Position numbers and translations under genes: made by a program | Shown here: positions 1-9,567 of the stretch, piece by piece | How positions within the stretch are numbered: the first letter of the stretch is position 1 | Layout: the number at the start of each line of letters is the position of its first letter | IMG/VR virus record: IMGVR_UViG_3300030012_002336 | Location: 9,950 to 73,949 of that record | Length of the DNA stretch: 64,000 bases | DNA from: a virus | Taxonomy: Duplodnaviria; Caudoviricetes | Reading direction: 5' to 3' (one strand) | The notes under the pieces: generated by a model | The model's input: the letters and a program-made list of their open reading frames with translations, nothing else | What the model was told of the DNA's origin: nothing | Database searches by the model: none

Positions 1-1
1 C

Positions 2-235
2 ATGTGTATAGGTGGTCGTGAGTGGGAAAATAAAGAAGGTTATGTTAATAATGATCTTTACTTACCACGTATATCTAAAGATGGTATTGCAATGGAAGCA
101 TTAGATAAAGAAAACTCTAGATTACTTAAGTTTGATCGTGCTGTGCATGTAAAAGCTTTAGCTAAGAAAGAGACTTCTAATGATGAGACTCCATTTAAAG
201 CAGATTCAGGATCAGGTTCTGATTTTGAATTATAA
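2..235 (+). CDS. 3' part of a gene truncated by the window edge; possibly a single-stranded DNA-binding protein
   Basis: Frame is open from the window start. Acidic/Gly-Ser tail ending SGSGSDFEL, directly upstream of the primase. Confidence 0.35.
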   Translation: MCIGGREWENKEGYVNNDLYLPRISKDGIAMEALDKENSRLLKFDRAVHVKALAKKETSNDETPFKADSGSGSDFEL

Positions 236-237
236 TT

Positions 238-317
238 TTGCAGGATAATATTACCTAGTAAGAGGTGTATTGGCTGTCCTGCAACGGAGTGAATACCGCA
301 TAATATCAGTCAATACA
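238..317 (+). ncRNA. Candidate structured RNA (H-type pseudoknot with inserted hairpins)
   Basis: ttgcagga (238-245) pairs with tcctgcaa (277-284). tgtattggctg (266-276) pairs with cagtcaataca (307-317; 11 bp, one GU). Small hairpins acct/aggt and cgg/ccg also present. Confidence 0.4.
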
Positions 318-328
318 ATCAAGTTAAC

Positions 329-360
329 AATATAGGGGCACTTACTTGTCCCTATATTTT
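329..360 (+). terminator. Rho-independent terminator-like hairpin
   Basis: aatataggggca-cttact-tgtccctatatt stem-loop followed by Ts. Confidence 0.6.
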
Positions 361-369
361 ATTAATATT

Positions 370-1323
370 ATGATAAGTACTAAGAATCTCATATTAGATG
401 GATCTAAAGTTCCAAGTACATGGGTGTTTGAGTTCTATCTGGATCTACCAGAAAGACTGAATGGACAGAATGTGCAGATTAAATCTGTATTTCATCCGTC
501 AGAAAGAACTCCAAGCATGTGGATATTTGTGGACAAAGGTCAATATAAGTTTAAAGATTTTTCAACCGGTAAAGGTGGTAATAAAATTGATTTAGTTAAA
601 GAGTTATTTAATATGGATTATTCTAAAGCTATATTTAAAATAGGTCAAGATTATAATAAGTTTATTTCAGATAAAGGTGTATATACACAGTCTACATTAA
701 AACCAGAAGCAAAGTATAAAGTAGATGGTATAATGACAAGAGATTGGAATAAATATGATAAAAGATTTTGGTTGCAGTTTAATATAGGTGAAGAAATGTT
801 AGATAAATATAATGTAAAAGCACTTGAATATTATCATATGGTTAAAGAAGATAACAAGATAACTATTCAACAACCTTATATATATGGCTATTTTAGTAAG
901 AATGATATTTATAAGATCTATCAACCAAAAAATAAGAAGTTTAAATTTATTAAAGTTAAACCTCAACTTCAAGGTTTAGATCAATTAGAGTATAATCAAC
1001 CTTATCTTATTATATGTTCTTCTTTGAAAGATGCAATGTGTCTAAAACAATTTGGATATAACATTGAAGTTATTGCTCCTGACTCAGAGAATACTATAAT
1101 AAAACCGTATATAATTGAAAATCTTAAGAAAAAGTATAAAAAAGTTGTAACTTTATTTGATAATGATGTTGCAGGACATAATGCAGTTCACAAGTACAGA
1201 GAGCTGTATAACATTTCCGGCACATGGTTATACAGTAGCAAAGACATTGCTGATCTTGTAAAAGAGAAAGGTTTTAATGTTGCTCACAAAGAAATTAAAG
1301 TTAAACTTAAAAGTGTTTTATGA
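370..1323 (+). CDS. DNA primase (DnaG/TOPRIM type, crAss-like)
   Basis: N-terminal degenerate CHC2-like region (FHPSERTPS...FKDFSTGKGGN); TOPRIM SSLKD and FDND; C-terminal KDIAD. ATG at 370 is preferred over TTG at 346, which lies inside the hairpin. Confidence 0.8.
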   Translation: MISTKNLILDGSKVPSTWVFEFYLDLPERLNGQNVQIKSVFHPSERTPSMWIFVDKGQYKFKDFSTGKGGNKIDLVKELFNMDYSKAIFKIGQDYNKFISDKGVYTQSTLKPEAKYKVDGIMTRDWNKYDKRFWLQFNIGEEMLDKYNVKALEYYHMVKEDNKITIQQPYIYGYFSKNDIYKIYQPKNKKFKFIKVKPQLQGLDQLEYNQPYLIICSSLKDAMCLKQFGYNIEVIAPDSENTIIKPYIIENLKKKYKKVVTLFDNDVAGHNAVHKYRELYNISGTWLYSSKDIADLVKEKGFNVAHKEIKVKLKSVL

Positions 1324-1727
1324 AATGGTTTATACCAGGTAACGTACCAAGTAGTAAAAATGGCCGTAGATGGACAGGTAGATATTTTATATCTAGCAAA
1401 GCTACTGCAAAGTATAGGAAGGATACAAAACAATATTATGTTAAATTAAGAAAGAGTTTTACTGAAGAACTCTCTAAATATAAGTTACCGGTTAAAATAT
1501 CATTTAAATTCATCAGAGGTACCAAACATAAGTTTGATTATATTAATCCTGCACAGACAGTGCAAGATGATATGGTTAAAAACCATTGGATTGAAGATGA
1601 TAATTGTAAATACATTATACCTGTATTTGAACCTTATGAATATGATAAGGAAAATCCTGGTGTAGAAATTAAGTTAATAAAAGATGGAAACAAAATTAAA
1701 AAGAAACATAGCAGTTCAAGTGATTAA
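1320..1727 (+). CDS. RusA-like Holliday junction resolvase
   Basis: IPGNVPSSKN start; FDYINPAQTVQDDM...IEDDN acidic motifs; C-terminal PGVEIKL strand. Confidence 0.7.
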   Translation: MKWFIPGNVPSSKNGRRWTGRYFISSKATAKYRKDTKQYYVKLRKSFTEELSKYKLPVKISFKFIRGTKHKFDYINPAQTVQDDMVKNHWIEDDNCKYIIPVFEPYEYDKENPGVEIKLIKDGNKIKKKHSSSSD

Positions 1728-2061
1728 AGATCACAATATAGCAAAAATAGAAGTAGATTATAGTGGTGGTGGTGATGACGGATGCGTAGATGAAACTAGA
1801 TATGAAGACATTAATGGTAATAGTATTGATGTTAAATTAGATGGTGAAGTAGAAGCAGAGTGGGATGACTTATTATATGATACGTTAAGTCACCACATAG
1901 AATGGGATTGGATTAATAATGATGGAGGATACGGTCAAATGATAATTGATTGTAAAAAAACTCCATGGAAAGTTAATATCAATCATACACAACGTGTTTG
2001 TGAAGATCATTACTATGATGATATAGATTTTGATACTGATAATAAACAACATTTCTTTTAA
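1684..2061 (+). CDS. DUF6878-like acidic protein
   Basis: YSGGGDDG and WINNDGGYG motifs; adjacent to a DUF6915-like gene. Confidence 0.6.
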   Translation: METKLKRNIAVQVIKDHNIAKIEVDYSGGGDDGCVDETRYEDINGNSIDVKLDGEVEAEWDDLLYDTLSHHIEWDWINNDGGYGQMIIDCKKTPWKVNINHTQRVCEDHYYDDIDFDTDNKQHFF

Positions 2062-2408
2062 TGGCACATCCAAATATTCATGCCAAGTCTTCTGTAAAGA
2101 AGTTTGGTGGGTGTCCTGATGATTACATACATATACATAACTGGTTAGATGCAACAAAAAGTTGGGTGGGCAATCACTTACACAGAATGTTTCGTCATCA
2201 TAGTGAAGGTATATTTGAATGTGAAAGAAAATTTGGGCCAGTATTCACAAATTCAGATGGTAAACCTGTTTATACAAGATATGTTGCAGAGCAGCATGTA
2301 AGAGAGGATTGTAATAACTATATTCCCTCTGCAAAAGAATGGTTAGACAATATTCACAAGAAAAAGCTACCCTTGTGGATGATTAAAACAATGAAAATCA
2401 ATGATTAG
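2061..2408 (+). CDS. DUF6915-like His-rich protein
   Basis: MAHPxxHAKSSxKKFGG...DYxxIHxW.D...HRxxRHHSEGI...AEQHVREDC. Confidence 0.7.
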   Translation: MAHPNIHAKSSVKKFGGCPDDYIHIHNWLDATKSWVGNHLHRMFRHHSEGIFECERKFGPVFTNSDGKPVYTRYVAEQHVREDCNNYIPSAKEWLDNIHKKKLPLWMIKTMKIND

Positions 2409-2820
2409 TTTAAAAGAATATAAAAAATTAAGAGAACTCCTCCACGGATCTGAAGAAGATTATGAAGTGGCATGTGAGAATATAAAGAACATAAAAGAAA
2501 TAACATCTGTTATAAGAATGATGTTTGCTAAATCTTTGACGTTTGGTAAAAGGCAAGACTTTTGTCAAAAGTTTAATATAGATTACCATAATATCAAAGA
2601 ATGGAATAAAATGTTTAAAGATCTTGATAATACTTTAGGTATAAGAACTGAACAAGAAATCATAGAGTTTGAAATACATGAACAAATGCTCCCTGTTTTT
2701 ACAAGTACTTGGAGTTTTATTAAAGATGTTAAGATTGAACTTGATTGGGAACATAAAAAACCAATTAAAGAATTAACCAAAGCAGAAATGCGTGAAATAG
2801 AAGACATTATAAATGATTGA
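2401..2820 (+). CDS. Hypothetical protein
   Basis: 139-aa ORF overlapping both neighbours in an operon. Confidence 0.7.
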   Translation: MISLKEYKKLRELLHGSEEDYEVACENIKNIKEITSVIRMMFAKSLTFGKRQDFCQKFNIDYHNIKEWNKMFKDLDNTLGIRTEQEIIEFEIHEQMLPVFTSTWSFIKDVKIELDWEHKKPIKELTKAEMREIEDIIND

Positions 2821-3982
2821 TATACAAGATAAATTAGCAAGAGCTTGTAAGTCATTAATATTAAGAGAGCCCTTTTATGGGCTCTTTCTTATTGGACTTA
2901 ACAAGAAAATAAGAAAGGACGTCCCAACAGCGGGTGTCAGTAAAAATGGTATAGGTATACAACTATCTATTAACCCGGATTTCTTTATGGGATTACCAGA
3001 TGAACACCAGATAGGTCTACTTAAACATGAACTACTGCATGTATCATTTGGGCATCTTATGATGAGAGACTCTTATCCTAACAAGAAGTTGTTTAATATT
3101 GCTGCAGATCTTGAGATCAATCAGTATATAGATAGAAACATGCTTCCTGAAGGTGGTTTGACTTTAGATAGTTTTGCTGAACTAAAGTTACCAAAGAAAG
3201 CCGGTACTAAAAAGTATTATGATTTATTGGAACAAGAGTGCAAGGATAATCCTTGTCAGTCACTACAATCTATATTAGATCAGATGGATGGTGATAGTCA
3301 GTATGATCATAAGACATGGGAAGAGTTTGAAGATCTTACAGAAGCAGAGAAGAAGCTAGTTGAAAGACAAATTGAACATCAACTAAAAGAAACTGCAGAA
3401 CAAACTGAAAAGAGAAGAGGAACTATTCCAGGTGAGTTAGCTGAATTAATTAAAAAGCTAAGAACCATACATCCTCCATCATTTGATTGGAAGGGTTATT
3501 TAAAAAGATTTGTGGGTAACTCCGTGTTTACTTTCACAAAGAAGTTGAGAAGAAAATTCAACAAAAGGTATACAGATAATCCAGGTCTTAAGATCAAACA
3601 CAAAAATCATATATTGATTGGTGTTGATACTTCTGCATCTGTTAACACGAAGGAACTAGAACACTTTATGAGTGAAATGGTTCATGTTCAGAAAACAGGA
3701 CATCAGATAACTGTAGCACAATGTGACACAGGTATTAGTGATATATCCCCTTTCAATAGTAGAAAGGATTGGCAAATAAAAGGTAGAGGAGGTACATGCT
3801 TCCAACCGGTTATTGATCACTTCAATGAAATGAGAGGTAGATATACTGCCCTTATATATTTAACAGATGGTGAAGCACCTGCTCCAGAGAACTGTCCAAA
3901 GAACACATTATGGGTTCTTAGTGCAAGATCTCAGTGGACAGATCATTTACCAGGGAAAACAATACAATTAAACACGCATTAA
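2813..3982 (+). CDS. Zincin metallopeptidase + vWA domain protein (DUF2201-like)
   Basis: HELLH, NIAADLEINQ; MIDAS DTSAS; GRGGT and YLTDG. Confidence 0.85.
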   Translation: MIDIQDKLARACKSLILREPFYGLFLIGLNKKIRKDVPTAGVSKNGIGIQLSINPDFFMGLPDEHQIGLLKHELLHVSFGHLMMRDSYPNKKLFNIAADLEINQYIDRNMLPEGGLTLDSFAELKLPKKAGTKKYYDLLEQECKDNPCQSLQSILDQMDGDSQYDHKTWEEFEDLTEAEKKLVERQIEHQLKETAEQTEKRRGTIPGELAELIKKLRTIHPPSFDWKGYLKRFVGNSVFTFTKKLRRKFNKRYTDNPGLKIKHKNHILIGVDTSASVNTKELEHFMSEMVHVQKTGHQITVAQCDTGISDISPFNSRKDWQIKGRGGTCFQPVIDHFNEMRGRYTALIYLTDGEAPAPENCPKNTLWVLSARSQWTDHLPGKTIQLNTH

Positions 3983-3983
3983 A

Positions 3984-5246
3984 ATGGCACAAGTAAATTT
4001 AAATATTGATGAATTAAAAGGTTTTGTAAACCATATAATAAAGAATAATAGATTCTTACAAGAGCAAGGGAAGAACCCAGTTGCTGTAGAAGTAGTTGGT
4101 GAGTCAGGTATTGGTAAAACATCTGCTGTACTAGATCTAGCTAAAGAAAATGAATTAGATTTTGTTAAGCTTAATCTTGCACAGATAGAAGAATTAGGTG
4201 ACTTAGTTGGTTTTCCTGTTAGACAATTCCAAATGTATAGAGAGAAGCAAGTATCTAAGAAGATTGATGATCTTCAGTATACAGTAGCTCAGAGAGCTGC
4301 AGCATCTGCACAAGTTGCAGACTCTACTATAACCAAGAAAATTGGTCAGTGGGTAGATGAACTTGCAGTTGAAGAGTATCTTAGAAAAGGATGGAAGATG
4401 ACCGGTAAGAATAGAATGTCTTACTGTGCACCAGAGTGGATTGCTGATAAGAAGAAAGGTGGTATCCTACTTCTTGATGACTGGAACCGTGCAGATGTTA
4501 GATTTATTCAGGCTGTAATGGAGTTGGTTGACAGACAGCAGTATATATCATGGTCTTTACCGGCTGATTGGCATATTATACTAACTAGTAATCCAGATAA
4601 TGGAGACTACATGGTTAATAGTATTGACTCAGCACAAAAGACTAGATATATTACTGCTAACCTGAAGTTTGATGCAAATGTTTGGGCAAGATGGGCTGAA
4701 GAGCAGCACATAGATACACGTTGTATTAACTTCCTGTTACTGCATCCTGAGTTAGTAAATAAAGAAACTAATGCAAGATCCATCACAGCATTCTTCAACT
4801 CTATTTCAAGTTTTGAAAAGTTTGAAGATGACTTGAGCATGATCCAAATGATTGGTGAAGGTTCTGTTGGGGACACATTTGCTTCTATGTTTACTACATT
4901 TATTAACAACAAACTGGACAAGCTGGTCACACCTAAAGATATGTTGACACATGAAAACCAAGATTGGATTATTGGGGAACTAAATAGTGTTCTAGGAAAA
5001 GGTGACACATATAGAGCAGATATTGCATCTACTCTTGCGACAAGGTTGGCTAACTATTCAGTTGTTTATGCTAATGAAAATACTGTAACACCAAAGATTA
5101 ATGAAAGATTGATAGCATTATGTACTAAAGATGTATTTGCTAATGATCTAAAGTATCTTATTGTTAGAACTATTTTCAATGGTAATAAAACTAAGTTTAA
5201 CAAGATGATGATGAATCCAGAGATCATCAAAATGACAATGAAATAA
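3984..5246 (+). CDS. MoxR-like AAA+ ATPase
   Basis: Walker A GESGIGKT, Walker B LLLDDWNRA, sensor LTSNP, arginine finger AQKTR; follows the vWA gene. Confidence 0.85.
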   Translation: MAQVNLNIDELKGFVNHIIKNNRFLQEQGKNPVAVEVVGESGIGKTSAVLDLAKENELDFVKLNLAQIEELGDLVGFPVRQFQMYREKQVSKKIDDLQYTVAQRAAASAQVADSTITKKIGQWVDELAVEEYLRKGWKMTGKNRMSYCAPEWIADKKKGGILLLDDWNRADVRFIQAVMELVDRQQYISWSLPADWHIILTSNPDNGDYMVNSIDSAQKTRYITANLKFDANVWARWAEEQHIDTRCINFLLLHPELVNKETNARSITAFFNSISSFEKFEDDLSMIQMIGEGSVGDTFASMFTTFINNKLDKLVTPKDMLTHENQDWIIGELNSVLGKGDTYRADIASTLATRLANYSVVYANENTVTPKINERLIALCTKDVFANDLKYLIVRTIFNGNKTKFNKMMMNPEIIKMTMK

Positions 5247-5247
5247 G

Positions 5248-6306
5248 ATGGCAAAAGTTTATAATTGTACTTTCAGTGCTATAAAGGAACAGTTAGAAGA
5301 CTTTGGTTTAGATGGGCAGCCTGTATATCAGGTTGCTCTATCTAGACAAAGTTGGGATATGGGTGAAGCTATATTCTGTAACCTTAATAACACTTATAAA
5401 GTATTTCAAAAATATTTTGATAAGGAGATAGACGTAGTAGATCTAACTCAATATAAAAGAGCTTTTATATTTCCAGGATGTCCAGTATCATTACCTAGAC
5501 TAAAGGAAGCATTAAGAGAGCATAAGATTACTGTAACAAATGATTTTAATAAAGCTGATTGTTTTATAACTCATTATGATTATGGTCACTATCATAGTGA
5601 TGGTGAGTCAATTAGAATTAATAGTATGCTATTTAAAGCTATCAACTATGAAGCTATGGATATTAGTACAAGTATAAATTTAGCTGATAGAGCTAATGAA
5701 CCAAATGTAGATCCTAATATTCAAATTGTATTTGATGATAAGATGGCTGAGACATATAGCAGAAATAGTATTGACTATGATGCAAATTTATATGAGTCTT
5801 ATGTATTTACACCTTTAGCTGTTCAGATTGCTTATAGAATTAGACATGAACAAATACCTGTTATATATGCTGAGACATGTTTGAATGAGTCAGCAAATAA
5901 AAGAGTGCTTGATCAACAACTAATGGATGATATGATTAGAATGATTAAGGAGGGTAGTTCTGAGGAACAGGAGTTAGTAAAGAAAATGGTTCCTGCTATT
6001 GACTATAGAAAGAAAAAACACCTTCTATGGAATATGGCAAGAGAAGTTAATGGTTACATGTATAGATTTAATAGAGATAAAGATATGAACTATTGGATGG
6101 ACAAATCTAACTTTAATAAATATGGACGTGCAACTGCTGAAGATATGATTAAATATCTTGAAGAAGAAGAATGTCTTGATTCAGAATCATTTAGGTATCT
6201 TGAACCTATTGTTCGTAAAGAAATTTGTATTAGTAATAGAGAACTATATACATTTAAAGTACAAGTTAAAGAAGAGTATAGAAAATATTTAAAACCAAAA
6301 ACATGA
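5248..6306 (+). CDS. Hypothetical protein, possible BRCT-like domain
   Basis: FIFPGCPVSLPRLKEAL...ITVTNDFNKADCFIT; resembles a segment of the next ORF. Confidence 0.55.
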   Translation: MAKVYNCTFSAIKEQLEDFGLDGQPVYQVALSRQSWDMGEAIFCNLNNTYKVFQKYFDKEIDVVDLTQYKRAFIFPGCPVSLPRLKEALREHKITVTNDFNKADCFITHYDYGHYHSDGESIRINSMLFKAINYEAMDISTSINLADRANEPNVDPNIQIVFDDKMAETYSRNSIDYDANLYESYVFTPLAVQIAYRIRHEQIPVIYAETCLNESANKRVLDQQLMDDMIRMIKEGSSEEQELVKKMVPAIDYRKKKHLLWNMAREVNGYMYRFNRDKDMNYWMDKSNFNKYGRATAEDMIKYLEEEECLDSESFRYLEPIVRKEICISNRELYTFKVQVKEEYRKYLKPKT

Positions 6307-7565
6307 CAGATTTAAAACAATTATGGTTAATTGATATTGACCCAAGTAACTGTGACACAATAAATAATACTTTAGTAATGCAAAACGGTAGTATTAAAGT
6401 AAAACAATTGGGTCATTATATAGAATCAGATGATACTAGTGGTAGATATGGAGGTAGAGCTAAAAACCCAAAGATTAAAGAGATAATGAGTGGTATTGGA
6501 ACTATTACATCTGATGATCTTAAGAATGCTAATTCACTATTTAGATTTCCTAGACTTAGTTTATCAAGAGATAAAGTTAAGATACTACAAGAAAAGTTTG
6601 ATCTTAAGTTGAAAAGAGATTTTCATCAGGCAGACTATGGTATTGTATCTGAAAAGTATTTTGATGGATTATTTGTTACTAGGTGGCTTGCACAAGCAGA
6701 TCCTGCAGATGTACTTGCTTGGGCAGGAGTTTATCAAGATTGTTTTGAAGATGATCTTTATAATGAAATTGTAAATGCACTAAACAAAATACCTGCAGAT
6801 GCTCATGTTGTATTTGAGTCAGAGTGGTTTAGTTCATATTACCACGAGGGTGCTAGTAATCTTGATAGATATTCTAAGATGGCTGAAAAAGCAAGAGACA
6901 TAGGTAGAAATACTAAGTATCATTATTATATTGAATCATTAAATCAGTGGAATGATATACAGGCTAATTTATCTAAACTTGTTTGGGACAGTAATATTAA
7001 TGATATTGCTACAGAAGACTCTGAAGTATTAACAGAAGAGATGTACATACAACTTAAAACTATGCTTGGTTGGGAAAAGACTGAAAGTGGTTGTGGTTGG
7101 CAAGGTACTAGGGACAAAGAGAATATGAACTTAGCTTTGAGCATCATTGCTAATTGTAATATTCAAAAGTCTCATACATATTTAGCACTATTATTTTCAT
7201 TTTTAAGTGACTCTATGAAAGATTCATCTGTTTGGAATACTGTTAACTTTAAGTCCGTAAGGAAGAAGTTTTATAAGTATATACAACTAGGTGGTTGGAA
7301 CTGGTGTCATAATTATAATTACTTGATTGAATATCTAGTTAAAGATAATGCATTAACTGAAATTGCTTGGAAAGAAGTTGCTCAGAAGATGTATGATGAT
7401 GTATTATCATCTCAGATGGGTATTGATAGTAAAAATAATTTTAGTATCAGTCCTGATAGTATTCAACTAAATCCGGAACTTAAAGAGAAGATAATTCCAA
7501 CTCAAGAAGATCTACAGTATATGGAAGATCTTGTTGATATGCACACTGAATCACATAGATTATGA
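6303..7565 (+). CDS. Hypothetical protein, distant paralog of the previous ORF
   Basis: FRFPRLSLSRDKVKILQ...LKRDFHQADYGIV. Confidence 0.55.
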   Translation: MTDLKQLWLIDIDPSNCDTINNTLVMQNGSIKVKQLGHYIESDDTSGRYGGRAKNPKIKEIMSGIGTITSDDLKNANSLFRFPRLSLSRDKVKILQEKFDLKLKRDFHQADYGIVSEKYFDGLFVTRWLAQADPADVLAWAGVYQDCFEDDLYNEIVNALNKIPADAHVVFESEWFSSYYHEGASNLDRYSKMAEKARDIGRNTKYHYYIESLNQWNDIQANLSKLVWDSNINDIATEDSEVLTEEMYIQLKTMLGWEKTESGCGWQGTRDKENMNLALSIIANCNIQKSHTYLALLFSFLSDSMKDSSVWNTVNFKSVRKKFYKYIQLGGWNWCHNYNYLIEYLVKDNALTEIAWKEVAQKMYDDVLSSQMGIDSKNNFSISPDSIQLNPELKEKIIPTQEDLQYMEDLVDMHTESHRL

Positions 7566-8548
7566 TAGATAAAATCAAAGAAGATCTGTTTTACAAGGGA
7601 GAGTTTAGCTTCAGCTACTCTTCCTTAAACAGGTTATTATTTTCACCCAAACTCTTTTATAGAGATTATATTCTTAAAGAAAGGGAACTTAAGATGGAAA
7701 AACATCTTATTGAAGGTAGGTTAGTGCACTTACTTCTTCTTGAGCCAGACCGGTTTGATGAAGAGTTTAAAGTAGTGCCTACTAGAATTCCTTCAGACTC
7801 TCTTCGTAAAGTATTGTATGATATTAGTCAACACACTGATCTTACAGAGCTTAGCATTATAGATGATAAAATAATATTACAATCACTTAAAAATGTTGGT
7901 CTATATCAATCGTTAAAAGATGAGTCTAAACGTATTGCTAAAGTACGCACTCCAGAATGTGAAGATTATTATGGTTTCAAGACAAACTCAACAGGTTTAG
8001 AAGTTATTGATAATGACATATTAACTAGAGCAACAGAAAGAGTTGATATAATAAAGTCTAACAAAGATGTTATGGCTTTACTTATGGAACAAGGTACTGA
8101 TTGGGATTTAGATCATATTCAAGTATATAATGAGAAAAAATTAAACTGTAATTTAAATAATTACAAGTTTGGTTTAAAAGGTATTATAGATAAGTATATA
8201 GTTGATGATGAGTCAAAGACAATAACTATTGTAGATATTAAAACTACTGCAAAACCATTAGAAAACTTTGCAGAAACTGTAGATTTTTACAATTATTGGC
8301 TTCAAGCAGCTATATATTCATTACTTGTTATTAAAAATGTTGATGAAAACCAACAAGATTATAAAATTATTTTTAAATTTGTAGCTATAGATAAGTATGA
8401 TCAAGTCTATGCGTTTCCTGTATCAGAGTCAACATTACTAAGATGGATGAATGAATTAAATAGAGCATTAAAACTAGCAAATTATCATTACAGTGAAAGA
8501 AAATATGACTTACCATATGAATTTGCAAACGGTAATGTAATACTATGA
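7562..8548 (+). CDS. PD-(D/E)xK RecB-family exonuclease
   Basis: FSYSSL, GRLVHLLLLEP, KGIIDK...IVDIKTT, YWLQAAIY. Confidence 0.85.
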   Translation: MIDKIKEDLFYKGEFSFSYSSLNRLLFSPKLFYRDYILKERELKMEKHLIEGRLVHLLLLEPDRFDEEFKVVPTRIPSDSLRKVLYDISQHTDLTELSIIDDKIILQSLKNVGLYQSLKDESKRIAKVRTPECEDYYGFKTNSTGLEVIDNDILTRATERVDIIKSNKDVMALLMEQGTDWDLDHIQVYNEKKLNCNLNNYKFGLKGIIDKYIVDDESKTITIVDIKTTAKPLENFAETVDFYNYWLQAAIYSLLVIKNVDENQQDYKIIFKFVAIDKYDQVYAFPVSESTLLRWMNELNRALKLANYHYSERKYDLPYEFANGNVIL

Positions 8549-9099
8549 AGAAAATTTATGAATCTTATTTTCAAAAGAGCAAGGTGTTTTTGTACCCCTT
8601 GCTCAATATACCTAAAGGTGTTAGGTTTGTTCCTAGTCAAACATATTTAACTTGGGAAGATCAATTTACTCTATCTAAGTATAAATTAATATCACTTTAT
8701 AAGATTGATCCAGATTGTAAAGACTTTGAACTCTTTCATAAAGAAACATTAAAGGCTAATCCTTTTTATGAATATTATGAAAAAATAGATAAAGAGTCTC
8801 ACATATATGTATTTAATATATCTAATTATAAAAATGATTTAAATAAATTTATTAAAGGTCAGTATTCAAAAATGACAAAAAAAACTAAAAAAATAATTAC
8901 TAAGTTTTTTGGAAAGTCTGGCACTATATCAGAATATATTGAAAGTTATCTTTATCCTGAAAAATATTTTGAAACTTATTCAGATATACTTAATGTACCT
9001 GTAGAAGATTTAGAAAACGTAGGGGAGCTTTGTGATAAGCCAGATTTAGAAAGAGAAACATTTAAAAATATTTTGGTAGCACTAAGTTTATTTAAATAA
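8545..9099 (+). CDS. Hypothetical protein
   Basis: 184-aa ORF with ATGA overlap. Confidence 0.7.
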   Translation: MKKIYESYFQKSKVFLYPLLNIPKGVRFVPSQTYLTWEDQFTLSKYKLISLYKIDPDCKDFELFHKETLKANPFYEYYEKIDKESHIYVFNISNYKNDLNKFIKGQYSKMTKKTKKIITKFFGKSGTISEYIESYLYPEKYFETYSDILNVPVEDLENVGELCDKPDLERETFKNILVALSLFK

Positions 9100-9105
9100 T
9101 TTATA

Positions 9106-9113
9106 TATATTTG
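9106..9113 (+). promoter_or_regulatory. Bacteroidota-type -7 promoter element
   Basis: TATATTTG matches TAnnTTTG; intergenic, 22 nt before the ATG at 9136. Confidence 0.6.
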
Positions 9114-9135
9114 TAAAAACTAAAAATCAATAACT

Positions 9136-9567
9136 ATGGCTAATAAAGTAGAAAAATCAATGATGCTCGTTAAGAGTTCTTTTGGTCCAATGAAAAGCTT
9201 CAAGCTTATGCCCATCTCTAATGATTGTCCTTTTGTAGAATGTTTATTTTCACCATCTGAAAAAATTATGGTAATTATAACTAAAGTAAAGAAACAATCT
9301 TATCATATGGTTGCAAAATTAGATGATAATGGAGATGAAGTACCTGTTAAAGGTAAACCAAGAGCAAATGGAAAGAAAGTCAAAGAAGAAAGAAGAATGG
9401 TTGATACCTTCTCTGAGCACTATATAGTGACAGAAGAAGAGATTAGAGAGATAATCAATATGTTTGCAATCAATCCAAAGGCTTTTGATCTTGATGAATT
9501 TTTCAGTTTAGAAACTGGATCTAATCTTATTACTCCAAAAATGGAGCCTATAACTACAAAAGCGTGA
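9136..9567 (+). CDS. Hypothetical protein
   Basis: 143-aa ORF downstream of a promoter and A-rich leader. Confidence 0.75.
   Translation: MANKVEKSMMLVKSSFGPMKSFKLMPISNDCPFVECLFSPSEKIMVIITKVKKQSYHMVAKLDDNGDEVPVKGKPRANGKKVKEERRMVDTFSEHYIVTEEEIREIINMFAINPKAFDLDEFFSLETGSNLITPKMEPITTKA

Noticed and set aside
238-317. HDV-like/theta, hammerhead or twister ribozyme assignment
   Set aside because: No convincing P1/P1.1/L3 HDV arrangement and no CUGAnGA/GAAA core on either strand; left as an unclassified structure
346-369. TTG start of the primase at 346
   Set aside because: Lies within the terminator-like hairpin; the in-frame ATG at 370 with an A/T-rich leader is more plausible
7562-8548. Cas4 / CRISPR association
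   Set aside because: No four-Cys Fe-S motif, and no array or cas genes in the window
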